Below are positions 8,136 to 17,905 of a DNA stretch of 64,000 nucleotides, piece by piece; the stretch's first letter is position 1, and every line of letters starts with the position of its first letter. The stretch is taken from the NCBI GenBank assembly GCA_964409555.1, contig CAYPDP010000002.1:6975-70974 (forward strand), in the 5' to 3' direction. Source of the DNA: Candidatus Woesearchaeota archaeon. Its GTDB lineage: Archaea; Nanobdellota; Nanobdellia; Pacearchaeales; GW2011-AR1. The notes beneath the pieces were generated by a model that saw nothing but the letters and a program-made list of their open reading frames with translations, was not told where the DNA came from and made no database searches. The translations under genes and the position numbers were made by a program.

Positions 8136-9674
8136 TTAATATAATTTTATTATCTTATTATTATTATAAAACTTAATAGCCTGTTTAAGTCTTGAATAGG
8201 ATTCGGAATAAATTGTTAAAATTTTCTCTCCTTTTTTAACTTTATCATTTACATGAAAATACAAATAAACTCCAGAATATTTATCTGCAGGGCAACCAGC
8301 CATTCTTGCTAAAGAATTTACACTTTTATTATCTATTTCTTTGATTTTTCCAGAATATTTGAATAATATATCTTTCTTAAATAAATATTTTTTAGAAATA
8401 AATCTTTTAATAAATCCTTTTGAATTTTCAAATCTTTCTTGTTTAAGTTTTTCTAAAGAACCATTTTGAGCAATAATAATTTGTTTAAATTTTTCAAATG
8501 CTTTTCCTGAAGAAAGTATTTTTTTTGCTAAATCAAAACCTTTTGTTTTTTTAGCTTTCCCAGTCATTTCTAATATTTCTCCCGCAATAAAAAGTCCTTT
8601 TGTTTCAAGATCTTTTGGACCTTCTTTATTTGGATCTAATATTTTTATAACATCAATTAATTCTAAAGCAGGACCAATTCCATTTCCAATCGGCTCATTT
8701 CCTTTAGTTAAAACACATTTTAAATGAACATCAAAATGTCTTCCAAGAGATACAAATTTTTTCTTTAATTTTAAACCTCTTGCATAAGAAACTTTTGCCC
8801 CTTTTCCATAAGGAATATCTATTAAAATATATTTACTTTCAACAGATAATTTCTTGGACATTATCGATGCTAAAAGCTGTGCTTCAGGATCTATTTTTAA
8901 TAATCTTTCTATCTGAATTATTTTTGAATCTGCAGGAACCATTCCCCATGAGCCACCCCAAACCATACAAGCATTTGTTTTTTCTAAAATATTTTTTAAT
9001 TCATCAATTGAAAAATCAACGTCTGCAATTGTCTCTAAAACATCTGCTGTTCCTGCTGCACTTGTTATTGCTCTTGAAGAATTTTTTGGAACAGTCAAAC
9101 CAGCAGCAGCACATATTGAAACAACAAGAGGAGTAGTTCTATTCCCTGCAATACCTCCAATAGAATGTTTATCAACAATTAATTTTTTATTTAAACTTAA
9201 TTTATTTCCAGATTTTAATATCGCATTTATAAGATAAACAATTTCTTTCATACTCATATTATTTTGATACATTGCCGAAATGAAGATAGCGACTTCTGCC
9301 TCAGATAAAGAATTATTTACGACATCTTTAATTATTTCTTCTATTTCTTCTTTTGATAAAGATTTTTTATCTAATTTTTTTTTAATAAATATTAAACTAT
9401 TAGATTTTAAAGCAAGACTAACTTCAACTTTCTGCCCCTCTTTTAAATTCATTCTTTTTTTAATTTCCGAAGAAATAGCAATTTCATCTTTTTTAATTAA
9501 AGTATCTATTGTATCAATAATTGTTGTTATCTCTCTTATTTTTGAATTTTTTGAAAGTATTTTTATAGAAACTCTATCTTTTGCATGAACGCCTATTTCC
9601 ATAGCAACTTCTTTATTAAGCATAGCTACAGGAAGACCTGCTGACCATTCAAGAAATTTAATTTTTAATTCCAT
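8136..9674 (-). CDS. deoA: AMP phosphorylase (archaeal thymidine-phosphorylase family)
   Basis: 512 aa. Core HSIGGIAGNRTTPLVVSICAAAGLTVPKNSSRAITSAAGTADVLE plus the archaeal-type N-terminal extension MELKIKFLEWSAGLPVAML. Confidence 0.8.
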   Translation of the reverse strand: MELKIKFLEWSAGLPVAMLNKEVAMEIGVHAKDRVSIKILSKNSKIREITTIIDTIDTLIKKDEIAISSEIKKRMNLKEGQKVEVSLALKSNSLIFIKKKLDKKSLSKEEIEEIIKDVVNNSLSEAEVAIFISAMYQNNMSMKEIVYLINAILKSGNKLSLNKKLIVDKHSIGGIAGNRTTPLVVSICAAAGLTVPKNSSRAITSAAGTADVLETIADVDFSIDELKNILEKTNACMVWGGSWGMVPADSKIIQIERLLKIDPEAQLLASIMSKKLSVESKYILIDIPYGKGAKVSYARGLKLKKKFVSLGRHFDVHLKCVLTKGNEPIGNGIGPALELIDVIKILDPNKEGPKDLETKGLFIAGEILEMTGKAKKTKGFDLAKKILSSGKAFEKFKQIIIAQNGSLEKLKQERFENSKGFIKRFISKKYLFKKDILFKYSGKIKEIDNKSVNSLARMAGCPADKYSGVYLYFHVNDKVKKGEKILTIYSESYSRLKQAIKFYNNNKIIKLY

Positions 9675-9722
9675 TCTCTTTTAATTTTTATTAATAGAAA
9701 CTCTTTTTATAATTATCTAATT

Positions 9723-10760
9723 TTATTCTTCTATATGAGAATTCAAAATACTTGGACCTTTTTTATTTCTATATACTTCTAAAATTATTAAAATATATGC
9801 AAGAATCAAGGGACCTAAAACAAATCCAATTATTCCAAATAAAAATAGTCCTCCTATCATCCCAATAAGAATTATTAAAGGATGAAGGTTAGTTCTTTTT
9901 GAGATAAAAAAAGGCCTTATTATATTATCAATTGTTGAGGAGAAAATTCCGAAAATTCCTATACCTATAGCTTGAAAAGTATTTCCTGCAAGAAGAGCAT
10001 ATATTAAAACTGGGAACCAAATAATTGCAGTTCCTAAAATAGGAAGAATTCCACCTAAAGAAGAAAGTGCAGTTAAAAATAAAGCATTAGGAACACCAAA
10101 TATAAAAAAACCTATTCCAGCAATAAGACCTTGCAAAATTCCAATAATAACTTGTCCATAAATAACTGAACTAGTTATTGCTTTTGATGAATCAAACAAT
10201 TTTTTTTCAACATCTTTGGAGAAAGGTAATAAACTTTTAATATAAATTATCAACTTTTCTTTATCACGAAGAATAAAGAAAAAAGTGAAAAAAGCTACAA
10301 CTGATTGTAAAGCTATTGTTGGGAAATTGAGTATAATTTTTGATAAAGAACTTGCTAGATAATTTGTAAAATCAACAGTTGAAGATTGAAGAATAGAACC
10401 TATCTCTGCTGAAAATTCTTCAGATGCAAATAAAGAAGGAAATACATTTTTAAGAGGAGTTATAAAATCTACCTGTTGTGATTTTAAATAAAATTTAATT
10501 GACTGATTTATTAAAATTGGAGATAAAAACCAAATAGGAAGAATAAGAATTATAATTAAAAAAATGCAAATTATTCCTGCAGATAAATTTTTAGATTTAA
10601 TTTTTTTATGAATATTTTTATAAACTGGATTAAAAATAAATGCAAAAAGAATTCCCACAACTATGGATAATAAAATTGGTTTTAATAAAAAGAAAGAGAT
10701 AATTGCAAGCACCAATAAAATTAAAGGAATTGTTATTTTTTTAGAGTAATCTGTTGCCAT
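9723..10760 (-). CDS. AI-2E family (PerM/UPF0118) transporter
   Basis: 345 aa, polytopic. GGILPILGTAIIWFPVLIYALLAGN is typical of the family. Confidence 0.7.
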   Translation of the reverse strand: MATDYSKKITIPLILLVLAIISFFLLKPILLSIVVGILFAFIFNPVYKNIHKKIKSKNLSAGIICIFLIIILILPIWFLSPILINQSIKFYLKSQQVDFITPLKNVFPSLFASEEFSAEIGSILQSSTVDFTNYLASSLSKIILNFPTIALQSVVAFFTFFFILRDKEKLIIYIKSLLPFSKDVEKKLFDSSKAITSSVIYGQVIIGILQGLIAGIGFFIFGVPNALFLTALSSLGGILPILGTAIIWFPVLIYALLAGNTFQAIGIGIFGIFSSTIDNIIRPFFISKRTNLHPLIILIGMIGGLFLFGIIGFVLGPLILAYILIILEVYRNKKGPSILNSHIEE

Positions 10761-10828
10761 TTTTAATCAGTTATTATTGGAAGTATAAATTTATAAAACT
10801 TTGTAAGAAGCAAAAAATGTACAAAAGA

Positions 10829-10835
10829 TTTATAA
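10829..10835 (+). promoter_or_regulatory. TATA-like box, leaderless spacing to ATG 10858
   Basis: TTTATAA centred 26 nt upstream of the ATG. Confidence 0.45.
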
Positions 10836-10857
10836 GGAAAAATTAACAAAAAAGTAT

Positions 10858-11577
10858 ATGAATTTTATAAAAAATATTTTGGATAATAAAATTGATGAAA
10901 TGATTCATTTGCAATTTCAAAAATTTAGTAAAGGTGAATTTAGAAACAGAGCATTAATATATGCAAAACATTCTGGAAAAAAATATACTATGAATACAAG
11001 TGCAGAATTTACAAATGGATTAGTAAAAATGGCTGCTGAAAAATTGAATGAAAATAAAACAATGATTACAGGAGCTATTGTTTCAACTTTAGATTTAACT
11101 GGAAAAATTGAATTTAAAGAAAAAAAGCAATTTCAAGGAGTTAAAAGATATCTAATTGAAAAAGAAATGTCTGGCAAGGAAATTCTTGAATTGCTTAAAA
11201 AATTTCCAAAAAGTTTTTTTGCTTTAAGTTTTAGTGTTAGTTATGGAGATTCAGAAATTAAATTAAAAATAAAACCTAAAGCTCCAAAATCGGGAAAACT
11301 AATTAAAAAAGACGGGAAAAAATCAAAACCAGATTTTTGTAAAATTGTTACAACAGATAAGGAATTGGGTGAGAGTTTTATTTTTGAAAATCCTAATTTT
11401 AAAGAAGCAAGAATAAACCATACTTTTTTTATTAATGAAATGATTATTCCTGAAAATCTTAAGAATGAGAAAGATTTTTCAAAAATAAGAGAAATAGCAA
11501 AAAGAAAAGGAAAAATAGTTAGATATTCTGAAATTGATGGTGAAGAAACTACTCAAGATATTGAATTTGAAATTTAA
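10858..11577 (+). CDS. hypothetical protein (239 aa)
   Basis: ORF with a well-placed TATA box. I recognise no motif. Confidence 0.55.
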   Translation: MNFIKNILDNKIDEMIHLQFQKFSKGEFRNRALIYAKHSGKKYTMNTSAEFTNGLVKMAAEKLNENKTMITGAIVSTLDLTGKIEFKEKKQFQGVKRYLIEKEMSGKEILELLKKFPKSFFALSFSVSYGDSEIKLKIKPKAPKSGKLIKKDGKKSKPDFCKIVTTDKELGESFIFENPNFKEARINHTFFINEMIIPENLKNEKDFSKIREIAKRKGKIVRYSEIDGEETTQDIEFEI

Positions 11578-11588
11578 TTTTTAAAAAA

Positions 11589-12013
11589 TTATTCAAATCT
11601 TTTTCCTGAAAAATTAAGTCTTCCAGGAAATTCTGATTCAAAAATTTTCTTTTTTCTTGAAGAGGTTTTTTCAAAATTTTTACAAGATAAACCTAAAGTT
11701 TTACATCTTCTAACTAAACTACTCTCAGAACCATATATTCCTTCAACTTTAGAATCTTTAAACATCTTTCCAATATTTCCATCATATTTCTCATGAATCT
11801 CTAAAAAAACTTCCTTACTTAAACCATTTCTTGCCCCGCCATGAGAATTAAAGGTTTATTTTCCCTTTTCCATCTACTAGTAATAGTTTTAATAGATATT
11901 TGTTCTCCAAACCTTTCTTCATATAGCTCTTGAGATTTTTTAGCACTTTTAGAAGAAATTTCATAAAGTTTTTGTATATATGCTTCTTGAGCTGAAGTAT
12001 AATAATTAATCAT
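11589..12013 (-). pseudogene. frame-disrupted small HTH-like gene (possible transposase N-terminal remnant)
   Basis: The 64-aa ORF 11819..12013 ends in ...TSRWKRENKPLILMAGQEMV*. A second frame, open 11589..11855, continues TFNSHGGARNGLSKEVFLEIHEKYDGNIGKMFKD...RRCKTLGLSCKNFE... A single 1-nt indel inside the 11819..11855 overlap would fuse the two. Confidence 0.4.
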
Positions 12014-12109
12014 AAAAATTAGGATAATTTTGAATATAAAAAGATTATTGTTTTTAATTATAAGATAGATAAGATTTATTTAAGAATTAAAATAGAGTAA
12101 TTAAAAAGC

Positions 12110-12117
12110 TTTAAAAA
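12110..12117 (+). promoter_or_regulatory. TATA-like box of the L3 ribosomal superoperon
   Basis: AAAGCTTTAAAAACCC. The predicted TSS is near 12140, giving a leader of about 46 nt before ATG 12186. Confidence 0.5.
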
Positions 12118-12185
12118 CCCTTATTTTCTAAGTAACATATTCCAGGGACAAATAAAATGATAATTTCCGCAAAAATTATTGATAA

Positions 12186-13151
12186 ATGCCTACAAGAAAA
12201 TCACCAAGAAAAGGAAGTTTGCAGTTTTGGCCAAGAAAAAGGGCCAATAAGTTCTTACCTAGTGTAAACTGGAATCCTATTGATTCTTCTAAAATTTTGA
12301 AAGGATTTATATGTTATAAGGCAGGAATGGTTTCTATTTTAGTAAAAGATAATACTCCTGATTCAATGAGCAAAGGAAAAAATATTGTTATTCCTGCAAC
12401 TATTCTTGAATGCCCTTCATTAAAAATATTCTCAGTTAGATTTTATAAAAATGGAATAGTTTCTAATGAAATTATTTTAGAAAAATTAGACAAAGAATTA
12501 AAAAGAAATATTAAAATTCCAAAAAAAACAAACAAAAAAATATCTGAATTAAACCTTGAAAAAATAAAAGAAGATTATGATGATATCAAAATTATTGCTT
12601 ATAGCCAGGTTAAAAAAACAGGCTTGAAAAAAACTCCTGACTTATCTGAAATAGGACTTGGAGGAAATTTAGAAGATAAATTTAATTTTGTTAAAGAAAA
12701 CTTAGAAAAAGAAATTTCTGTTTTAAATGTTTTTGATAAAGGTCAGTTAGTTGATTTAAGAGGGTTGACAAAAGGTAAAGGCCTTTGTGGTCCTGTAAAA
12801 AGATTTGGTATAACACTTAAACAATCTAAATCAGAGAAAGGTAGAAGAAGACCAGGAAGTTTAGGGCCTTGGCATCCTGCAAGAGTAACTTTTAGAGTAC
12901 CTCAAGCCGGACAATTAGGAATGTTTACTAGGTCAGTATATAATAACCAAATACTTGAAATTGGAAGTAAAGAAAATTCAAAAAGTAAAAAACTTGAAAA
13001 TATAAAAAATTTTGGAAATATTAAAACAGATTATATTATTGTTAAAGGTTCTGTACAAGGATCTGCAAAAAGGCAATTAATAATAACTCACCCTCTAAGA
13101 GAAACTAAAAAACAGAAAAAGAAAGAATTAGAATTAATTGAGATAAGATAA
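12186..13151 (+). CDS. rpl3: 50S ribosomal protein L3 (uL3)
   Basis: PRKGSLQFWPRKRA N-terminus and operon position. Confidence 0.95.
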   Translation: MPTRKSPRKGSLQFWPRKRANKFLPSVNWNPIDSSKILKGFICYKAGMVSILVKDNTPDSMSKGKNIVIPATILECPSLKIFSVRFYKNGIVSNEIILEKLDKELKRNIKIPKKTNKKISELNLEKIKEDYDDIKIIAYSQVKKTGLKKTPDLSEIGLGGNLEDKFNFVKENLEKEISVLNVFDKGQLVDLRGLTKGKGLCGPVKRFGITLKQSKSEKGRRRPGSLGPWHPARVTFRVPQAGQLGMFTRSVYNNQILEIGSKENSKSKKLENIKNFGNIKTDYIIVKGSVQGSAKRQLIITHPLRETKKQKKKELELIEIR

Positions 13152-13152
13152 A

Positions 13153-13950
13153 ATGAAAACAAATATATTAAATATTGATGGGAAAAAATTGAAACAAATA
13201 GAACTACCTAAATGTTTTTCTAGTAATATTAGAGAAGATATAGTTTTGAAAATTTTGGAAGTAAAGAAAAATCAACAACCTTATTCCCCTTCACCTGTTG
13301 CAGGAAAACAGCATTCAGCAAAAGGAAAAATAGTTCATAGAAGACATGTGTGGAGGAGTGGTTATGGTCGTGGAGCTTCAAGAGTTCCTAGAAAAATATT
13401 TTCTCAAAAAGGTTCACAATTTAATTGGGAAGCAGCAGAAGTTCCTTTTGCAAAAGGTGGAATGAGAGCACATCCTCCTAAAATTTTATCTAGAATAAAT
13501 ACTCAAAAAATAAACAAAAAAGAATTAAATATTGCTTTAAAATCTGCAATAAGTGCAACAGCAAATTCTGAAAAAATAATAGAAAAATATGAAACTTTAG
13601 AAACTCTAAAAGGAAAAGAATTTCCATTAGTTGTTGAATCTAGTTTAATAAATTTAAAAACAAAAAAAATTCTTGAAAGTTTAAAGAATATTCTTGGAGA
13701 AGATATGTTTAAATTATCAATAAAAAAGAAAAAAGTTAGATGTGGTAAAGGTAAACTTAGAGGAAGAAAATACAAAAAAAATGCAGGATTATTACTTGTT
13801 ATAGGAAAAGAAGAAAAAATAAAAACTAATGTTTTTGATACTCAAAATGTTGCCAAATTAGGTGTTATAGACTTAGCAAAAGGTGGATTAGGAAGAATTA
13901 CAATTTATACTGAAAAAGCAATTAAAGATCTTGAAAAAAAATTTAAATAA
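13153..13950 (+). CDS. rpl4: 50S ribosomal protein L4 (uL4)
   Basis: GKIVHRRHVWRSGYGRGASRVPR motif and gene order. Confidence 0.93.
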   Translation: MKTNILNIDGKKLKQIELPKCFSSNIREDIVLKILEVKKNQQPYSPSPVAGKQHSAKGKIVHRRHVWRSGYGRGASRVPRKIFSQKGSQFNWEAAEVPFAKGGMRAHPPKILSRINTQKINKKELNIALKSAISATANSEKIIEKYETLETLKGKEFPLVVESSLINLKTKKILESLKNILGEDMFKLSIKKKKVRCGKGKLRGRKYKKNAGLLLVIGKEEKIKTNVFDTQNVAKLGVIDLAKGGLGRITIYTEKAIKDLEKKFK

Positions 13951-13951
13951 A

Positions 13952-14194
13952 ATGAATTTAAAACCAATAACAACAGAAAAAGCAGTAATGATGATTGAAT
14001 CTCAAAATGTAATTACTTTTGAAGCTAGTAAAAATTCAAACAAGGAACAATTGAAAAAGGAAATTGAATATTTATTTAAAGTAAAAATTGAAAAAGTGAG
14101 AGTTTTAATTAGAAATAATAAAAAACATGTTTATGTTAAATTAAAAAAGGAGTTTCCAGCTATTGATTTAGCTACTAAGTTAGGAATGATGTAA
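13952..14194 (+). CDS. rpl23: 50S ribosomal protein L23 (uL23)
   Basis: ATG at 13952 lies 1 nt after the rpl4 stop (the track's TTG 13931 overlaps rpl4). ITTEKAVMMIE N-terminus. Confidence 0.9.
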   Translation: MNLKPITTEKAVMMIESQNVITFEASKNSNKEQLKKEIEYLFKVKIEKVRVLIRNNKKHVYVKLKKEFPAIDLATKLGMM

Positions 14195-14195
14195 A

Positions 14196-14903
14196 ATGGG
14201 AAAAAGAATAATTACACAAGCAAGAGGAAAAGGAAGCAGTACTTATAGAGTTAGAAAAAGAGCATTTAGATTCAGAATAAAATATCCTTCAAAGATTTCC
14301 GGAGAAGGAGTAGTTAGTAAATTATTAAATTCTTCAGCACATAGTTCTCCTTTAGCAAAAATTAGTTATGAAGATGGAAAAAAGAGCTTTTATATACCTG
14401 CTTTTAAAGGAATGATTGAAGGACAAAAAATAAATTTCGAGAAAAAAGACGAAATTAAAGAAGGAGATATTCTTTTCTTAAAAGACATACCTCTTAAAAA
14501 AAGAATATATAATATTGAATCAAAACCAGGAGATGGTGGGAAATTTATGAGAACAGGTGGAAGTTCTGCAGAAATTAATAGAATAATTGGAAAGAAAATC
14601 ATGATTTTAATGCCTTCAAAAAAAGAAAGGGAATTTAATCCAAATTGTAGAGCAACAATAGGAGTAATAGCTGGAGGAGGAAGACTCGACAAACCAATTA
14701 TCAAAGCAGGAAAGCAATATTATATTAAAAAATCAAAAAGTAAATTATGGCCAAGAACATCAGCAGTAAAAATGAATGCTATAGACCATCCTTTTGGTTC
14801 TGGAAGAGCAAAAAATCCAAAAAGCAAAGTTGCTAAAAGAAATGCTCCTCCTGGAAGAAGGGTTGGATTAATAAAGCCGAAGAGAACAGGTAAGAAAAAG
14901 TAA
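14196..14903 (+). CDS. rpl2: 50S ribosomal protein L2 (uL2)
   Basis: GKRIITQARGKGS and MNAIDHPFGSGRAK motifs. Confidence 0.95.
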   Translation: MGKRIITQARGKGSSTYRVRKRAFRFRIKYPSKISGEGVVSKLLNSSAHSSPLAKISYEDGKKSFYIPAFKGMIEGQKINFEKKDEIKEGDILFLKDIPLKKRIYNIESKPGDGGKFMRTGGSSAEINRIIGKKIMILMPSKKEREFNPNCRATIGVIAGGGRLDKPIIKAGKQYYIKKSKSKLWPRTSAVKMNAIDHPFGSGRAKNPKSKVAKRNAPPGRRVGLIKPKRTGKKK

Positions 14904-14904
14904 A

Positions 14905-15297
14905 ATGATAACAAAAAAAGAACTAACATATCGTGGAAAAACAATTGAAGAATTAGAAAAATTAGATGTAAGAGAATTCGCAAAATATCTTAAATCTAGA
15001 CCGAGAAGACATGTCCTTAGACAATTTCAAAATATTGAAGAATTTGTTAACAGATCCAAAATAAAAATTTCCAAAGGTAAACAAGTAAAAACACATCAAA
15101 GAGATTTAGTTGTTGTTCCGAATATGGTTGGGATGAAAATTCAAATCTATAAAGGAAATAAATTTGTTCCTGTAGAAATAACAATAGAAATGTTAGGTCA
15201 TAAATTAGGAGAATTTGCTCCAACAAGAACAAGAGTTCAGCATAGTGGGGGAAAATTAAATTCAACAAAAGGTGCAAAACCTAAAATAAAAAAATAA
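14905..15297 (+). CDS. rps19: 30S ribosomal protein S19 (uS19)
   Basis: HQRDLVVVPNMVGMKIQIYKGNKFVPVEI and LGEFAPTR motifs. Confidence 0.95.
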   Translation: MITKKELTYRGKTIEELEKLDVREFAKYLKSRPRRHVLRQFQNIEEFVNRSKIKISKGKQVKTHQRDLVVVPNMVGMKIQIYKGNKFVPVEITIEMLGHKLGEFAPTRTRVQHSGGKLNSTKGAKPKIKK

Positions 15298-15298
15298 A

Positions 15299-15967
15299 AT
15301 GACAGAAGAAAATAAAAAAATGGAAAAGATTGAAGATAAAAAAATTAAAGAAAAATCTTCTGAAAAGAAAGAAAAAGAATCTAAAGAAAATTCAAAAATT
15401 TTAGAAAAAAAAGAAAAACCTGTAGAAAATAATAAAAAAGCATCTGAAAAAATATCAGAAAAAAAAGAAGTAAAAGAAAAAAATATTGAGAATAAAATTG
15501 AAGATAAAAAAATTGAGAAAAAGAAAAAAGAAACTCCTAAAATTAAAAAAATAGAATCTGTTGTGAGAGGATTTAATTTACCAATATCAACAAAACAATC
15601 TGTTGCTATATGTAAATTCATTAAATGGAAAAAAATTGAAAATGCAATTTTAGATTTAGAACAAGTTAAAGTTGGTAAAAAAGCAGTTCCTATGAAAGGT
15701 GAAATTCCTCATAGAAAGGGAAAAATAATGTCAGGAAGATTTCCTAAAAATTCAGCAATACAATTTATCAACCTTTTAAAAACATTAAAGTCAAATTCAG
15801 ATGTTGATGGTGTAGAAAATCCAATAATTATAGAAGCAATTGCAAATATTGCTCCAAGACCTTTAGGAAAATTTGGAAGAGTACAAAGAAAAAGAACTCA
15901 TGTTAAAATTGTTGCTAAAGATAAATCAAAATTAAAAAAATTAAATAAAAAAACTAAGAAAAAATAA
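15299..15967 (+). CDS. rpl22: 50S ribosomal protein L22 (uL22) with an N-terminal K/E-rich extension of about 87 aa
   Basis: The core starts near VVRGFNLPISTKQSVAICKFI. Residues 1-87 are low-complexity K/E. Confidence 0.92.
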   Translation: MTEENKKMEKIEDKKIKEKSSEKKEKESKENSKILEKKEKPVENNKKASEKISEKKEVKEKNIENKIEDKKIEKKKKETPKIKKIESVVRGFNLPISTKQSVAICKFIKWKKIENAILDLEQVKVGKKAVPMKGEIPHRKGKIMSGRFPKNSAIQFINLLKTLKSNSDVDGVENPIIIEAIANIAPRPLGKFGRVQRKRTHVKIVAKDKSKLKKLNKKTKKK

Positions 15968-15968
15968 A

Positions 15969-16646
15969 ATGGAAGAAAGAAAAGTTGTCCAATTAAAGAA
16001 AGAAGAATTTACTATTAAAGAATATATTAAAAATATGCTTGGTAAAGGTAAATTAAGTAAAATAAGAATAGAATATTCTCCTGTTGGGGAAAAAATTATC
16101 ATCTCCACAAATAAACCAGGATTGATAATTGGAAGAGGTGGTGAAAAAATTAATGAACTTACAACAGTTCTTAAAGCAAAGTTCAAACTTGAAAATCCTC
16201 ATATTGATATTGATGAAATATTAGAACCAGAGTTTGATGCCCAAATAATGGCTGACGAGATTGCTTTATCTCTTGAAAGATTTGGTCCTCTAAAATTCAA
16301 AGTTGTTTCTTATAAGATTCTAAAAAGAATACTTAATGCAGGAGCTTTAGGTGTTGAAATAAGACTTAACGGGAAACTTCCAGGATCTAGGGCAAAATCT
16401 TGGAGATTTGCACAAGGATATTTAAAGAAAACAGGAGATAGTGCGAAAGTAGTTGATAGAGCTCAAGTGAGAGCCGAAACAAAACCAGGAACAGTTGGAA
16501 TAAAAGTTAGCATATTATCTCCTCATGCTATATTAAAAGATAGAATAATAATCACAGAAGAATTAATAAAAAAATTAAAAGAAAAGCCAGAAGAAATTCA
16601 AGAAAAAACAAAAATTAAAAGAAAGACAACTAAAAAAATAAAATGA
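15969..16646 (+). CDS. rps3: 30S ribosomal protein S3 (uS3)
   Basis: KH-domain segment PGLIIGRGGEKINELT and gene order. Confidence 0.95.
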   Translation: MEERKVVQLKKEEFTIKEYIKNMLGKGKLSKIRIEYSPVGEKIIISTNKPGLIIGRGGEKINELTTVLKAKFKLENPHIDIDEILEPEFDAQIMADEIALSLERFGPLKFKVVSYKILKRILNAGALGVEIRLNGKLPGSRAKSWRFAQGYLKKTGDSAKVVDRAQVRAETKPGTVGIKVSILSPHAILKDRIIITEELIKKLKEKPEEIQEKTKIKRKTTKKIK

Positions 16647-16828
16647 GTTCATTAAAATTTAAAGATTTAAAGAATATGAGTAAAGTAGAGAGAGAAAAGA
16701 AATTGAAAGAATTAAAAATAGAATTAATTAAGTCAAAAGTAAGTACTACCAAAACTGGAAGTTCAAAAATAAAAGAAATTAAAAAAATTATAGCAAGAAT
16801 ATTAATGCTAAACAAATCAAATAAATAA
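16643..16828 (+). CDS. rpl29: 50S ribosomal protein L29 (uL29)
   Basis: 61 aa. LKELKIELIKSK pattern and gene order. Confidence 0.9.
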   Translation: MSSLKFKDLKNMSKVEREKKLKELKIELIKSKVSTTKTGSSKIKEIKKIIARILMLNKSNK

Positions 16829-16829
16829 T

Positions 16830-17126
16830 ATGGAAATATGCCCAAAATGTGGATTACCTCAAGAAGCATGTGTTTGTGAACAAATTGTAAAAAGCTCACA
16901 AAAAATTCAAATAACAATGGAAAAGAAAAGATATGGAAAAATGATGACAATAGTTAAAGGATTTGAAAATGGAATTGATATAAAGAAAATAGCGAAAAGC
17001 TTGAAAAACGAATTAGCTTGCGGAGGAACTTTTAAAGATAATTCAATTGAATTGCAAGGAAATCATATTAAAAAAATAAAACCAATCCTTGTTGAATTAG
17101 GATTTGATGAAGAATCAATTAATTAA
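16830..17126 (+). CDS. sui1: translation initiation factor aSUI1 (eIF1 homolog)
   Basis: CPKCGLPQEACVC zinc knuckle plus KRYGKMMTIVKGF...LACGGTFKDNSIELQGNH. Confidence 0.9.
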   Translation: MEICPKCGLPQEACVCEQIVKSSQKIQITMEKKRYGKMMTIVKGFENGIDIKKIAKSLKNELACGGTFKDNSIELQGNHIKKIKPILVELGFDEESIN

Positions 17127-17129
17127 AAA

Positions 17130-17507
17130 ATGAAAGCAAAAACAAACAAACAAAATAAGAAAGTAGAAAAATCAGAAATAGATGAAAAAGTAGTTTCTGA
17201 AAAATATTCTTGCAAGGATAAAAAATGTCATATTCATGGAGAATTAAAAACTAGAGGAAGAATTTTTGAAGGAAGAGTAATAAAAAAATTGCATAAAAGA
17301 ATTACAATTGAATTTGAAAGAATGATTTATGTTAAAAAATATGAAAGATATTTAAAATCTAGAACAAGAATTCATGCAAGACTTCAAGTTTGTATGGAAG
17401 ATGAGATAAATGTAGGAGATTTAATAAAAATTCAAGAATGTAGGCCATTGAGTAAACAAATACATTTTGTAGTAATTAAAAAAATTAAGGATAAAAACGA
17501 AAAATGA
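17130..17507 (+). CDS. rps17: 30S ribosomal protein S17 (uS17)
   Basis: RGRIFEGRVIKKLHKRITIEFE...ECRPLSK. Confidence 0.92.
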   Translation: MKAKTNKQNKKVEKSEIDEKVVSEKYSCKDKKCHIHGELKTRGRIFEGRVIKKLHKRITIEFERMIYVKKYERYLKSRTRIHARLQVCMEDEINVGDLIKIQECRPLSKQIHFVVIKKIKDKNEK

Positions 17508-17905
17508 AAGCAATAAGTGCAAGAACAACAGCAGGATTAAATTTTGGAGCAAAATTAATTGCGTCAGACAATAGTGGAGCAAAAATAGTCAGACTAGTCT
17601 CAGTTAAAAAAGGTAAAGGAAAAAAAGGAAAACAAGGTTGTGCGAAAGTTGCAGATTGGGTAAAAGTTAGTATAAGAAAAGGTGTTCCAGATATGAAAGG
17701 AAAAGTATTTGATGCTATAATAATCAGACAGAAAAAATCTTATAGAAGAATTAGTGGAGAAAGAATTGCTTTTGAAGATAATGCTGTTGCAATACTTAAA
17801 GATGAAAAAGGTAATCCAAAAGGAACTCAAATCAAAGGTCCAATTGCCAGAGAAGTCATGGAAAGATGGCCATCAGTAGCTAAAATAGCATCAGGAGTAT
17901 ATTAA
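17504..17905 (+). CDS. rpl14: 50S ribosomal protein L14 (uL14)
   Basis: LIASDNSGAK and FEDNAVAILKDEKGNPKGT motifs. Confidence 0.95.
   Translation: MKAISARTTAGLNFGAKLIASDNSGAKIVRLVSVKKGKGKKGKQGCAKVADWVKVSIRKGVPDMKGKVFDAIIIRQKKSYRRISGERIAFEDNAVAILKDEKGNPKGTQIKGPIAREVMERWPSVAKIASGVY

Noticed and set aside
460-9588. ORFs 460..789 (+), 8780..9136 (+) and 9280..9588 (+)
   Set aside because: They are antisense to better-supported genes (483..833 and AMP phosphorylase). Their composition is low-complexity and they have no start-site signals.
11819-11858. Programmed -1 ribosomal frameshift joining the two frames of the HTH-like gene
   Set aside because: The only slippery-looking run (GGGAAAA) is not in the X_XXY_YYZ register of the upstream frame, and the target frame has a TAA immediately after it. 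A simple indel pseudogene is more likely.
12157-12270. Upstream or overlapping ORF starting at ATG 12157 in the L3 leader
   Set aside because: It is out of frame with rpl3, has no SD or conservation argument, and is most likely fortuitous in A/T-rich sequence.
16643-17130. Absence of the RNase P protein Rpp29 gene between rpl29 and rps17 (and of adk/cmk after secY) as evidence of gene loss
   Set aside because: Absence from one 64-kb window says nothing about the genome. Only the local order can be stated.
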